Origin: Phallusia mammillata
Lineage: Eukaryota
Assembly: GCA_965637545.1 (NCBI GenBank)
Contig: OZ281495.1
Span: 24,118,001-24,182,000 of the forward strand
DNA: 64,000 nt
Direction of reading: 5' to 3'
Shown: in pieces, positions 50,655-64,000 of the stretch
Position numbering within the stretch: the stretch's first letter is position 1
Layout of the letters: each line of letters starts with the position of its first letter
The notes under the pieces: model-generated
What the model was told of the DNA's origin: nothing
Seen by the model: only the letters and a program-made list of their open reading frames with translations
The model's database searches: none
Made by a program: the position numbers and the translations under genes

Positions 50655-53600
50655 TTAATCGCATGTGCTTTTTGTTCCGTCGCATTTTAATTCATCGGCA
50701 TCATTTTGTTTGGAAATGATCTTCTTCCACAAAGCCTTACTGGATTGAAGAAAATTGTCTGAAAACGATATTGTCTTGTTGATAACAGCGACGTTTGGAT
50801 AAGTCGGCCAACTTTCAACATCATCGGTTGCAGGATTTCTAAAAACGTACAAACAAACAGATAACGTGAGGTAGCAAAAAAGTACGAAGTAGCCTAAAGC
50901 TTAGTTTAGAAGTTTGCTGGATGCTGTAAAAAATTCGTACATATAGGCTACTGTATAAGACATGACATTAGTCTACCTACCCAGTTTTTGCAAATGTTGC
51001 CAAAACTTTCATCAACTTCCGGCTTAGATGGGTTTCCTCTTCAGTAAAGGTCATCCCTTTCTTATCCAAGCCAGGCAAGAAAGGAAAGCCGAAAAGGAAT
51101 ACAACGCCATCGGTGTGGTCCGCTCGTTCGAAGTTAAAAGGTCTTGGGAACAAGTCGGTGTTTTTGTAGAAGCTCGGACGCGGTGCAAACTTGTACATGT
51201 AAACTTTCACATCCGAATCTGGATCCACAAAATGTTAAGTACATAAAATATAAAGTACATATCCAGTTATATACAGCTGTACCAAAGTTACTAAACGCGA
51301 ATTACATTTCATAAGCACATTCTTTACTACAGGTTCAAGTGCAGTTATGACAAATGCTTGACTCTGACCTAAATATTTCGATGACAGACGTTCATAAAAT
51401 AAAGTTACATCTTTCTAGTGAACTAATTTCTTATTTTAAACTCAAAACTAACATTGAACGAAACCAATACAATACTCGATTTTACAACATTCAGTTACCA
51501 GTGTATTTTGAAGCAATGTGGTCGGATGGAAAATTGAACCATGAATCGGAATAGTAGTCGGCAACACCCTTCATGATACCTTTACTGGACTTTGAATTTC
51601 CCAGGTACTCGTCAAATACAGACTGCATGATATCAGATTGACTCTCAATGGAATAGTATTTGCCTAAGTCAACTCTGATCAGCCGCTTCCCCTCATCAAG
51701 AGTTATTTTTCCTGCACGGGACAATTTGCATAAGCGATAAACATATCCATGCAAATTATACGAATAAGTGAATGCTACGAACTATAGTTCGTTAAAATCT
51801 TTTAAACGCAGTACTTAAACCAGAAATGGACAAACCGGCGCGCGAAGCATTTTATTCCGATTTGTAAGAAGTGCATGTAAATGCTTTTACCCAATTATTT
51901 TTTTAACCGTTTTGCTTGCTTTAACAATGTAACTTATATCACTCCAAATTCACTTCCAACTGTTAAGTATTACAAAACAACTACCACTGCCATAACTTTG
52001 CATGCAGTTGTTTCGTGTTGTAGTAAGCCAATCGAGTCAGCTTTATCTCAAAGTTATGCTGTATTACGAAAACCAGCAGGGTGTTGAGCATTCTTGTGCC
52101 ATAAGGATTCTTAAGTTATTTTGCGTTTTGGCACCTGAAGGGTAAGTGGGAAATCTCTTTCTTGCCAATATGAAATCAAACTCGCCAGCCGCCCCTCCAA
52201 TCAACATCGGTACTTTGCTAAAATCGCCCTGTGATATGAGTTCATCGGGACTCGACGGAAAAAGAAATCCATCCACTTCAGCTACAAACGTCTGCGAAAT
52301 ATAAGTGGAGGTTACCTAAAAACCGACACGAAAAATGCCGAGCAATTAACACGTTAAAGATTATCTTACTTCACTTCGTGATACATTGATCAGCTCGCTC
52401 GAAGTCAAGTGATTTCGTAGGCAGGTGGCAGTGAAGGAATTGTCGTGAAATAAGCATGTGGCACGTTCAGCGATTCTTTAAACACATTTTGTTAAAAAGA
52501 AAATGTTGAAATCAAACGCAAATAAATCGTGGAGGCAAGGTTGTATTAAAAGTTGAACTGACATTTAAAACATTATATTTTGCAGTAGCCTAATTTCAAT
52601 TCATCTGACACAGACAAAAATGGCAAAGCATACTGCTAACGAAAATGTTAGCAACCTTTAGAAAAATAATAAACCTTACAAGCCGCCAAATACTTCATTT
52701 CAACCAAAACTACATAAACATATACTTTCTCCATAATCATGGTCCTTGCACGGTCTGTCTACATTTCTTGAGATCACAAAAAAACGAGGCAACACATGTA
52801 CCTAGTTGCCGTGTCGACTTGCTGTGTTGCCCACATGGAAGGAAGGGTTGCTGCACCGCTCATGGTAATCACACGGTGAAACAGACCTCTGCTCAAGGGT
52901 GAAAGTGTATGTGCGCTTACCGCGAATGCTCCCGCCGAATTTCCAACTATTGTCACAAGATTTGGATTACCTCCGAAACGAGCAATGTTGTCCCTGTGAA
53001 ATAAATAAAATTTTGCTATTACTTTGTTCAAATATTACTAATGTGGCTTTATATCGTTGAAACAGATTTACTCTGCCACATAATTTGGTAAACCGACACA
53101 AGAACTCACAACAGAAAAGTTTGCTAAATACCGATAGATGGCGTAAAGAGTGCGGTTAATTAATATAACAGTGAGATTGGTTTAGGGTTAGGAACTAAGT
53201 GTTTAGGTTTTAGGATTTTATTGCTATATTTATGAAAACCCCCCCAACCCTATAGTAGCCCTAACTGTCAGCGTTTTTACACGAATTGCATTTGAAATAT
53301 TCGCTAATGCTCTTTGTGCCTCGTAACGGAATTTAGCACACTTGTCTGGTGTGAGTTCTTTTGCTGTTAGTAGATTTTCTACACAATTTGGCCTTAACTG
53401 TAATGCACTTACTTAAACATTGCACAAAAACAAATTGAAATAGTGAAAATGTTAGGATACCTGACCCAATGTAGGGCTTTAACTTGATCGTGTAGTCCTG
53501 TATTGCCGGGTGCCCATTTATCCTGTAGACTGAGGAAGCCAAATACACCGAGGCGGTAGTTGACAGTTACCAAAATCACATCCTCAAACGCTGACAACAT

Positions 53601-54971
53601 CCACATTCTGTTGGAGGTTGCAGAAGTTTGCAATGACCCTCCGTGGATCCAAACTAACACCTTTAACGTAAACAAATCTCTTAAAAAATATTATAAGAAG
53701 TGCTGGTTTAACAATATTTATAAAACGAATAATGCGGGCCATCGAAAACATAACTGCGAAAGAGCAAGTATGCATGGTGAATACATTCAAATGCTGACCA
53801 GAGTTGTAAGTCGGGTAGAGTTTTTAGGGTCTGGTTCGGGTTCGGACCAGGCTTGTGTTGAGTTTCAACAAAACAGGTCCTATTCGGACCTGCCTTCACA
53901 CTCGGGTTTGGCTTTGTGCCACAATTTCAGGCCCGGTTACAACTCTGATGCAGACATCATCTTTGCAAAGGTACATTATAATGTATCGTTTACCGGTAAC
54001 TGCTTAGAAGGATTCAGTTTTTTCGGATGCTCGGGTGAAAACACATTAACCGTGAGACAATTTTCACGCATAGGTTGATCATCTTCGGAAACGAAACGCA
54101 ACCATGAATCTTTTCGCAGCTTTGCAAACTTCTCTTTGTCCTAAATACCTCATGGTTATTTACTGTATATGTTGTTTAAAATCGTAAGTCATCGTGATAA
54201 CTTTCATAACATATCGCGCAACGTGCAAGGTATTTGGAAGCATTCTCACACCTGTCGACAAAACGGTGCATTTTCGTTTGTTCCGTCAACTATACCATCC
54301 CATGTCCATGGACTATCAGGCGGAAAAAAGCGAAAGGAGTAATCGGGCGATCGGGCATATGGAATTCCGAAGAAAGAGTAAACAGATCGGTCGGACGAAA
54401 TTGCTTTCCTGGTCGTTCCTCGCACTGAACCGTGTTTTGTGTTTACCACGATGTCTACAATGCAAATAACAGCAAGATAAGAAGTTGGCCAATCCGCTTT
54501 CAGCGAGCAATGGTTACCAATTTGTCGAAATGTGGCGACACCTTTCATCAACAAACGACGCATTTTATAACTAGTAGGTCCCTTTTATAACTATAGATGT
54601 GACCATATGATGGAAAGTATCTGTATTGTGTTTGAATTTTTTAAACGTTACAACCGATAAGAGGGTATATCAATCCAGAAACGTTGGGCTTACAGGGTGT
54701 TTCCAAAAGTATGTTTCCAGAATAAAGCGGCGTTTAAAGTTTGTGACCTTTGGTATACGCCATTGAGTAATGCACGGGTATTTGCATAATCCAGTCGCTT
54801 ATGCGGATAAGACTAATCCCGGGTTCTGTTTTATGAGCACTGGATGTCTAAATGACAACGTTAACTTCGGAATAGTTTAAAGACACACTTACCTTCGCTG
54901 TCTGCTGAACAAGCCAGATGAAAGCCAAATATCAAAACAAACCACAAAATGTCTACGTGATAGTTCATCAT
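50655..54971 (-). CDS. Type-B carboxylesterase/cholinesterase-family enzyme, secreted, about 10 exons
   Basis: Signal peptide [23 protein letters not shown]; FFGIPYA; [11 protein letters not shown]; VWIHGGS; [10 protein letters not shown]; [37 protein letters not shown]; GEFDF (Glu); ADHTD (His); stop at 50655. Confidence 0.95.
53799..53947. mobile_element. Short hAT MITE related to the 13777 family
   Basis: TIRs CAGAGTTGTAA / TTACAACTCTG, TSD ATGC(T/A)GAC, and TTCGGG repeats. Confidence 0.8.
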
Positions 54972-55211
54972 AGTTCGCTAAAACTCCCCTACACAAGTTG
55001 CAAAAGCACAATCTTACTTGCGAGTCCTCTTTGCGGCGACCGTTACATTGTATAGTTTTTCTAACAAGACTAATTCCTCAATTCTGCCACCTGCTAAACT
55101 GAACTATATTCTGTGCTTCAAACCGGTGTCGCGTGTTTCTCGTTCAGTGCGTTTCTCGTTTTGCTTGCTTTTGGTTGACGGGTCGTCACGCATTACCGAA
55201 CCGCACAAGAC

Positions 55212-55351
55212 ATGGTGCGTATGGCGTGGGTGGAATACAGCTTGCTTTTGGTATTTACAACGAGCGCATGTGTCGCCATACGCGTCATGCCTTCCGTCAG
55301 CCCCTGCCCTTTGTATTCTTGGGATGCATGCGACAGCTCCAACGTTTGCAG
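55212..55351 (+). CDS. Putative first coding exon of a small secreted Cys-rich protein
   Basis: MVRMAWVEYSLLLVFTTSACVAIRVMPSVSPCPLYSWDACDSSNVC(R) followed by the donor AG|gtaaaa. The downstream exons are uncertain. Confidence 0.4.
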
Positions 55352-56778
55352 GTAAAAATGCAAACCCTGTACCTCAAAGGCTAAAAATCAGCAATTCAGC
55401 AGTACCCAAACTTTACCACTATTGCGCTGTAAGTTTGCTACCGGCAAATGTTAGCGAATGTACTGAACTTTGCCCCCGACCAAACAACGTCAGGCGATGA
55501 AATCTCTTCACTATTACTCATGGCAGTTTTACATGTCACCAACGGGTTGAACATTAACAGTCGCCGACACTACATTCAGCTCTATAGGTAACATTGAAAC
55601 ACTTGGCAACCGGTCACGTACTGTATAGTGTACACAATCAGCGAACTTACTGAAAGTAAGAAGGATGCTCCCGCAAGTCTTTTTAAAAGCTTGTACCAAA
55701 TACTATGATAGAGTGTACGTCTGTTTCACTTCCCCCTACTAAAGCATCCGCATTAAACTGCTGCAAGCCTTCAGTAATACGAGCAGCATACAACATGATA
55801 CTTAATGTAAATAAGCAATTGAAGTTACAAGAGACACATACCCCGGAAACAGCTGTTTTAATGTTTAAAATTTATTTAAACGACTGCTTATAGGATATTC
55901 TGAAACTAAAAACGATTTCCGTATCATGTTGCATGTCTACATACAGCAAATTGTTATCAGTTATTGCTTCCAATGACTATTCTCTAGCATGGTACACAAA
56001 AATGGTTTGGTTTGGCCCACAGTGCTTGAAATATTGCCTGACTGACAGAACAAACAGTTGTGTTCTATTTCTCCGGCGCCGACTGTTGACGAACAAACTT
56101 TTGCCTGGTCCGTGTAAGGGCGATCATAAGGTCGAAAAAGTGTTACGTGACGACGAAAGCACGATGCAAACCGATTATTTAGTACGCTACAGTACGCAAC
56201 TGACACACCCAATGAATTGGGGCTATGGCCAACTTCGTATGAATAAAATGTGCTGACACAAAAGATGGTTCTCAACACTTATGGTCGTGTTTGGCCATGT
56301 GCCTAGCGATGGACAATAAAGATGCTCTTTGTCTTTTTTCTTGAGCATATTGGGCCGCATTTGTAACTTTAAAAATGTCTTATTCCACAGTGCTTATATA
56401 TACGCGGTTCGATTTCGCGTGAAAACGAATTGATGTTAAACCTTACTGACTGATGTATTTATTGCTAACTTATAAGTATCACTGGTACGTTTCTTGCATT
56501 ATCAAGCGGCGTTATTAAACGAATAAACTGATAATTGCATGTACATCTTTTTAATTTAATAAGACGTGACGAATAGCTGCAGTTCTGGCAAAATATAACA
56601 GGACTTTTTTGGCTCATTGTATTATTGGTGCTTTTTTCAAAAATTATATAATGCCACCGGATGGCGGTGTCGAGTTGCTGAGCGACTGATTTAAAGCATT
56701 TAAAAAAAAAACTTTAGAAATAATAAAAATTACAACCAGTACAGTATATGCAACGGCGATTGGGCTCCAAGTGCAGAG

Positions 56779-59074
56779 TTAATCATCAGAAGCAGATATT
56801 GCTTTTATCAGCATCAAAGAGGCTTGCAATGAGTAATTGTCCTCGTCATGCCAAGTGCGCCACTGGATTCCCTGACACACGTCGTGTTCACAATCCTCCA
56901 TCTCTTCTCGCGTGTAATATCGACCGTTGAGATTGGCATCTGCGCATGCGCGAAACCACCAACCGCCGTTTTGAATCTCGGCACAGTTGTTGAAAGCTGT
57001 TGAAACAACAAAAATACACATTTGACAGAAAAAGTGCAGAACTAAGAAAGCGATGTTCGATATAACATGGTTTTTCTTGCGACTGCTTTTCTTGCTGTGA
57101 TGACCACAATAAAGCATGCATGTGGTTATTTATGTTTAAAACAGTGGTTCCCAAAGTTTTTTGGCAAAACCTATAACCTATTTTTGAAAATCAATTTTGT
57201 GGTTTCCCGCAAACCCATGGATAAGCACAGTATGGTTATTATTTTAGATACAGATTTTCGAAAAATTTTGGAAATGTTTGGTGAAAAAACGCACATACTT
57301 GATTCGTTTTTTACCAAACATTACCATTTAGTCCCAACTTTAAAGCAATGTCTTATGAGCCAGATAACACTTGACAGTGGGCAGACAAATAACGTATGAT
57401 GCCACGTTACACAGGTTACCATGAAATTACTGTCATACGGAACAGTTTAAGCCGTGGGAAATATAAAACGCCAAAAAACAAAGTGAAAAACTTTACGCTC
57501 GTGTTACCAAAAAGGCGACCTAACATAATTCTCGGGCGACCCAACTTTGGACCATGACCCATAGTTTGGGATACACTTGTCTATAACTCAGAAAACAATA
57601 CATATTGTTTCTGTGCGATTCGATATAACAAAAGCTTCACACACTCCAACCGGGTAATGGTCGGAAATTCGCTGATGTTCTAATAGCTACATAGGTACAC
57701 ACAAAAATATTAAGATAAATCTATGATGAAAAATTCTTTCAGCTTAACATGTCAAATTGATTGAAAGGGTAATGTCCTTTGGTGTCAGTGGACTACCCAT
57801 TAAGTTTCCCGAAATAAAACGACGCCAACCTTGTCCTTGGTAAAGACATGGGCTGCACTGGTCATTATCGAAATCGCGGGTTGTGAAACGGGCTAAATAA
57901 AGATTTCTTGATCCGTTATCGTCCGTTCCTCTCAGACCGTCACCAGCCGTGCCCGCGTATGCTCCAATCCTATAGAACAAAAGACAAATATTGGTTCAAT
58001 GGACCAATACTTGAGAATATGCGGACTGAAACTAATATAAAAGCTTGAATTTGTTTAAAGTTATTTGCTTTGTACTTGGCTTTATATTGATGTTTGAAGT
58101 TTTTTGTTTTGTTCAAGAGTGGCAAATTTTTCAACAATCCAAAGAAGTTGACTGCATTGCAATGTATTACACTTTACTGAGTTTTTTAATTAACTACTTT
58201 CCGATCGTATCTAATGTTCGAAAGTTCGGTTTTGGTTAAGTTTTGCAACTATACCCTGATTTAGTACTGGTCATAAAAAATGTTGAAAACGTAAACAAAA
58301 CGCCAACTAGGATTATTTTACACAAAACTTAATATGTAACTTACAACAAATTAAAAACAAGCCAACCTTAAACTGTAGTAATCCCGCGAGCTGCTAAGCT
58401 TAAACCCGGAATATTCGGCATAGGCCCGTTGGTCCTCCCAATCCAACATGGCGATGTGAAGACGGTAAGTGTTCTGAGCTGTAAGCTGGTGAATTTTCTC
58501 GTTGCCAAGCCAGAATTCAGACTCTAAGTCTCCAAATCCTTAATTAAAATCACTGGTTAGGTGGTTAGGTGTATAACCGTGGACCTAATAACTTTTCGGT
58601 CGGTGGTTGTTTTTGTTAGTTTTCAGAGTAGTTAAATATATTTTAAACGAACAAAAACTAAAAATATAATTCACTATGATGAAAACTTTAAATATTGCAA
58701 AATATGTTCCAGCGAATAAAATAACTGTAAAAATACGTTTTTGATTGTGCCAAATTATTATTTTTTTGATGAAACAAAAATGTAATTAATTGCGCACGTC
58801 GTCCGGCATTTTGAGAAAACTCTCTCCAATTTAACAAAGTACGAGGAAATGTGCTCTGACCTGATACGTAATCATCCCAATCTCGGTCAAAGTTCTCGCT
58901 TCCGTCGCGTCGACGTTGAATCATCGCCCAACCACCTCCGTAGTACTCCTGCTCGCAATAAACGTCAAACGACTCTCGCGAGTGGAAAGGACGGACTGTG
59001 TAAATCCCCGACACGCGAAATCCCATCTGGTAAAGTTCCTGACAATCTGCACAAATGTTTGGGATTTTAGGCAC
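56779..59074 (-). CDS. Fibrinogen-related domain protein (ficolin/angiopoietin/tenascin-like FReD); exons 59074-58861, 58538-58367, 57969-57830, 56996-56779; upstream exons unresolved
   Basis: DCQELYQMGFRVSGIYTVRP, FDVYCEQEYYGGGWAMIQRRRDGSENFDRDWDDYVSGFGDLESEFWLGNEKIHQLT, FTTRDFDND, NCAEIQNGGWWFRACADANLNG. Confidence 0.93.
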
Positions 59075-62000
59075 CTAAACTGACCAGACCGTATTTAATG
59101 ATAAATAAATACAAAACGGTCTAAGCAAGCAATTTCCCCGGTAATTTTCTGCAGTTTAACGGTTTTATGTTTCATTTGTTGTGTTATAATTACTTTTATA
59201 CAGCTTTGTTTTATCCTGTGTTTTTTAGGAACTAACGATGTCACTTAGACGAAGTACAGGCTATATATATATATAGGCTATATATATATATATATACCAC
59301 GTCAATTTATTGACTGATTTTGTTAGTTTACGTTAGCCGCTTTGATATCGATTTGTAACAATTGATGTCGAAGAATATTTTTGTATCTAAAACCTCCTTA
59401 GAAGTAAATGATTCGAACCCTGCACCAAATTAGTGATCTGAGCTAATGTGTAACTATATATTAACGCTACAAACATATGAATAGTAGGGTGTTTTAAATA
59501 GGTTTTCTGAAAATCTTTTTCGTTTATACTTTGCGACTTGTGTAAGTAGCTGGAAACTTTTCCTAATCCCAACACGGCTACCAGCTCATGCTGATTTAAC
59601 GCCCGAAATCGCGTTATTTTTCTAACGAGGTTTAATTTTCGATTTATCGAGCAGGATGCAGGCGTTGCTTACGTGTGTCGGTTCACAAACTACGTCAGAG
59701 CAGCATGTATTGAAACATCATCTTACATTTAAAACAGGTGAAATGATCAGAACCTGAAGGTTGATAGGTGAAGGGTCAACAAATGTGAGCATTTATTTTA
59801 AAGTGTCATTTTGGGCCCATATCGACTAAATTACGACTCGAAGCCACTAAGCTTATCAAATTACTAAACTGGTGCTTAAACCAAAAATGTTACCCCGTAA
59901 AGTTTTTGTGGATTTGTTCGTTACCTGAAACTGTTCAAAAACACTGTTGCCTTTGTTGCCCATATAAGCTGCAGACCATAATAGAGTCAAAATTTTATCA
60001 ATTCACATTCTTGTTCATTAGGCCACAGTTTGGAAGTTTGTTAAAACAGGCTGCGCTGTAATATTTGGGGTTGGTGGTGCGTAAATGTTGCAATGTCAAT
60101 TAACATTATTCGCGGGTCACAGTAACCGCAAACATCGGAAGAAAATTGATCGACATTGAAACCAGTTGGGTGGAGCTTGAAATAAATCAATGGACGAACG
60201 TATTTCGAATGTACAGCTTTTCAATTTGTTGCAAAAAATAATCTCACTTTGATGTCAACTTCGATTGTAAATTATCACCATTATACATTATCGGGATATA
60301 TTTAAACGACTGTGTTGTCAAAAATAGTCATGTAAAGGTTATTTCAGTTTTAATTGATATTACGGTGGCATGATTTTAACCTAAAAAAGTTGACGAGTCA
60401 GAAAAGTTGGCACTAATCATGTGAGTGCTAAAACAGGTCACACACTCTGCTGTGTTGTGGCAGTTATGTATGGTTTTGCCCGAACACCCTTCATTAAAAA
60501 GTAATCTTTTTAATTCCGAGTTGCGAGGTTGTTTCCCCTAAACCGAGGATGTCCAACACGTAAGCGTACATCCTACGAATTGAAACAACCGTTATGCTGG
60601 CATCAAATCTCGATGTTCGATCGTCAGTGGTGATATATGTGATGGACAACGACGGTAAAGACAATCGGCCTAATCCCTGTATGAGAAGCCCAACATAAAT
60701 CAGTTTGCGAGTTCCAAAGCGAAGCTGGGCAACCTCGGGTCAACAGGTGTTTACCCAAAGGCACAGTTGCCATGTTGTGCAGAGGGCCCGTAGTTGACAC
60801 TTCGAGTAAGTTTTATGAAGGCTGGCATAGTTTTATGAGGGCACCGGGTCCGACAATACTGAAAGTTTGTTGTCGTTCGGCCGCAGAATCGCGATGTATT
60901 CCGAAGCGAGTTATATTATAGGCCACTGTGCTAAAAGCCTCTAATACCAGGTGGAGTTGACGTCGAAGATTAAATCGTGTATTGACGTGCATCCGTGTTA
61001 ATGGAATTTGCTTTATCGCCAAGGGTATTTATTACATGCAGGCGTCACGTTCACAGCCAAACGTGAACTAAAAATTTTTCCAGCCTGGCCGTTTTTTTAG
61101 ACCTTGCTATAGGTGCGGAAAAAAGTCAGTGAAAAATCTGGAAGGAAAAAGCTTTGACTTGTCGACACAGGTTTTCGTTGTACTGCAGTAATCTGGGTTG
61201 GAGAAAAGTCTTTGTATTGACGTCAATAATTCGCATGCAGTAGCATTTTGGTTTGGCGAAAATTGAGTTTGAGGTAAGACGATACGAAATTACAGGTGAG
61301 ATTGTAAACGATTGAAACCGGTTAATTAAGTGTAACAAGATGAACTTGCGTTACAGAAAGGTTTGTTGTGCTACAATGCGCGGTCCTGCCCGCGGTCATG
61401 GTTTGCACAACATTGGATCAGAGGGATTACCGCGTGTCTAAGCTAATGGCATTTAGCGCGTACAGAAAACGGTCAGCGAAAAAAAAACAGGAATTCGCAT
61501 CCAGTATAGAGATCAATAAATTTAAACGATTATAAGGCGCTACTGCTTCAGGCAATACTGCGCATGCGAAATCTTACACGATTTTTAAAAGGATGTCAGT
61601 ATCAGGAGATGTATTACAAGGTGTACAAGCATTTAAAAAAATTACGGTTTTGTCTCAGACTATAGAAATTTGCATTGCAGAGTATCAAACAGTAAAGACG
61701 GATTACAAGGACTGGTTTAAGTAAGTTAGATATTTGGTAAGTTGTACTAAAAATTTTGAGACAAAAATAACTAAGTTGTTGCGGTAGAAATTATAATTTG
61801 TCAGTAAACTTGTAGGCAGGTATTTGGAATTCGTCGCTAAAATTCCGTGCTCTGGTCCTGTAATGTACATCGATTGCCAAGGTCGAGCGTTTGACAGCCG
61901 GTTTCCGAGGTTGAAACAGATCGAGACGGGCCACTTGCCCACGGCCGATCCGTTACACCTATGAAGAAACGCATTGTGCCAAGGCAGCAGTGCGCGATAC

Positions 62001-64000
62001 CGGCGAAAAACAAATGGCAGCGTTCAGGCAAGCATGCGAATTTTCGCCGAAAGCTCTGTGGCTGCCGACAATTAAAGGATAATGTCGAGATGATCGGTTT
62101 ACGATCGGTACTGGGGCGAATCAATGAGTGCGCCATCGGCAAGTGGTGGCCTGAAACATATCGACATCTGTCACCTATGCAATATTGGTGATATTGAACC
62201 GTGGGTCATGTCATGCAGGGCAATATAACACGGGGAGAATTTCATGTCAGGTACGGTGGAAATCAATCACCTTCCTAACAAAACCGAGGGTAATTTTAGA
62301 AACCAGCTTGGCATTAGGTGAAAGTAATTATCTCACAAGGCCTAAAAACATTTCTATTGTTAGTAACTGCTCCAAATATGGACCAAACGAAAGGATGTTG
62401 TTGTATATTCTGACCAGCTGGAGGAAGTTATGGATTTAGCTTTCTCTCTCGTTTTTTGTTTGCTGTGCTGCATTGTTTGTTCGTGGAATTTTTTTGACAT
62501 CATCACTACGTCAAATAGCCAAAGGCGTGTGGTTTGATATTACGTTTGTTGGCTCTGAACAAATTTGACAAACAGAATTTTTGCGACGAATACATTGTTG
62601 CGAGTCGACCGCTTAAACGAGTCTCACAATATCACAGGTGTAAGGGCAAGATTTGGTTTTGTTTGGCGTTTCCCAAATATAGTTTTAAAAACAAGCTTGT
62701 GTGCGCTGAAAACCGACAATTCTTGTCAACGTAATGACTCACGGTAATGATAAGTGTTGCGGAACCTGTACCAATAACAAAAGCATAAAAACAAGCCGGT
62801 ATTCAAAAGCCGTTTGCGTTAACAACAACTCTCGAAAGGCCGTATTTGGTTAATAAGACATTGAGATGTAACTTTTTTTGTACTTAATCATCAGTTGCAA
62901 CGACACCCGCAGTTTATCAAATCACAGATTTAAGTAAGTTGTTTTTACTACGTTTCGTGTTTAACTACATAAGACCGACACTTTACATTTGGCAGACGTT
63001 TTTAGATGCGTCTGGTGTCACTATATTGTCCCGAACACTTAATGCATAGTTTAAAAGGCTTAAAATGACCAGAAAACACTTATCCAAGACTAATAATTTT
63101 GTGTTTTTGCAGTTTATGTACACTTTGGAATTTGTCGTTGAAAACTAAAAACAATTATGAACATTTTACAAACAATCCGACACAAACTTTAATTTCGTCG
63201 AAAGTGGGAGGTTTAAACTTGGAAGACTTTCGTTAAAGCATTTTGTGAAAAATAACAAGGCACAAATCGCCAAATAACAGGGCACAAATACACAAACAGG
63301 TGTTTGTAAACAGTAAATCAGTGTTCAGATAGGAACTGTGGCTTCTTCGCCGTTTACCGACAGGCATGCGAAATAGCATGGTGACTCCCACTTAAAGTTA
63401 CCGTGTGCTGTTGAATTAATTGGCACGAAGAGTCGTTGGCATTTTAGCACGATGTACATGCGCATAGTTTTGCCTTCAAATCGCAGGTTGTCTGCTTGGA
63501 CTCGAATTAATTTCCTCGGTCGATTTGAGCGTTTTGCTCTACTTGTTGCGCAACATACCACTCAGTAAATGACAAGCAACGTTGTGAGCTATGCTTTGTG
63601 ATTTTGCTAAAAGTGAAATGGAGTCGCGTTTAAAACAAGCGATCTTAGACTGTTTGTGCTTCTGTCAATGGCATCAGATTAAGTAATTTGTTTAAAGGGC
63701 AAATCCAATTGTCCAGTAACCAATGCAGTTTATCTTTAAGGAAATGGCACCTCCGCATGGTTATTGATTTTCATGATGGAAAGCGGGCGCTGCAAAAAAG
63801 CCACATTGCTGCAAAAGCGAAATAAACAGCCTTGTAGAAACGTTCACTTTTTTCGCACAATCGATTTTCGCAGCGAAACAGGCGTCGCCAAGCCAGAGCA
63901 AAACAAGCCGCGCTTAAGGGGCCCATAGGGCTTTGGCACCGTTTCGCCTTAGCCACGACAGGGTCTGTTTATTCTTTTTGAAGGAAAGTGCCACCGTAAA

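Noticed and set aside
50655-50720. DADEL as an ER-retention signal in the esterase
   Set aside because: It is not terminal; 11 more residues follow before the stop.
53175-53270. ttagggttagg as an interstitial telomere
   Set aside because: There are only one or two degenerate units in an AT-rich intron.
57142-57557. Possible Charlie-like MITE starting CAGTGGTTCCCAAA
   Set aside because: The right end is degenerate and no TSD was found. It is probably a real old element, but the boundaries cannot be supported.
59268-59296. (TA)n microsatellite
   Set aside because: It is real but ordinary.

Overview
AT-rich eukaryotic (metazoan) genomic DNA with short introns. The gene content and intron style suggest an invertebrate chordate such as an ascidian, but this is an inference. 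From left to right the genes are: the 3' five exons of an AQP8-like aquaporin with NPV/NPS instead of NPA/NPA (+); a candidate sororin/CDCA5 (+); a birth-and-death tandem array of tail-anchored Sulfotransfer_4-type sulfotransferases (3 intact copies, 3 broken or partial, +); BAZ1A/ACF1 (-, about 21.5 kb) with a large LRR gene nested antisense in one intron; a type-B carboxylesterase (-); a possible unannotated secreted Cys-rich exon (+); and a fibrinogen-domain gene (-). A near-identical tandem duplication of about 3.9 kb copies the convergent 3' ends of both a sulfotransferase and BAZ1A. Mobile DNA includes two Penelope-like retroelements with inverted pseudo-LTRs, target-site duplications and minimal hammerhead ribozymes, a third ribozyme-bearing remnant, many hAT-type MITEs with 8-bp TSDs (some nested), a Helentron/HINE-like element and a gag relic. 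There is no rRNA, tRNA or CRISPR. Exon coordinates were read by eye and may be off by a few bases.
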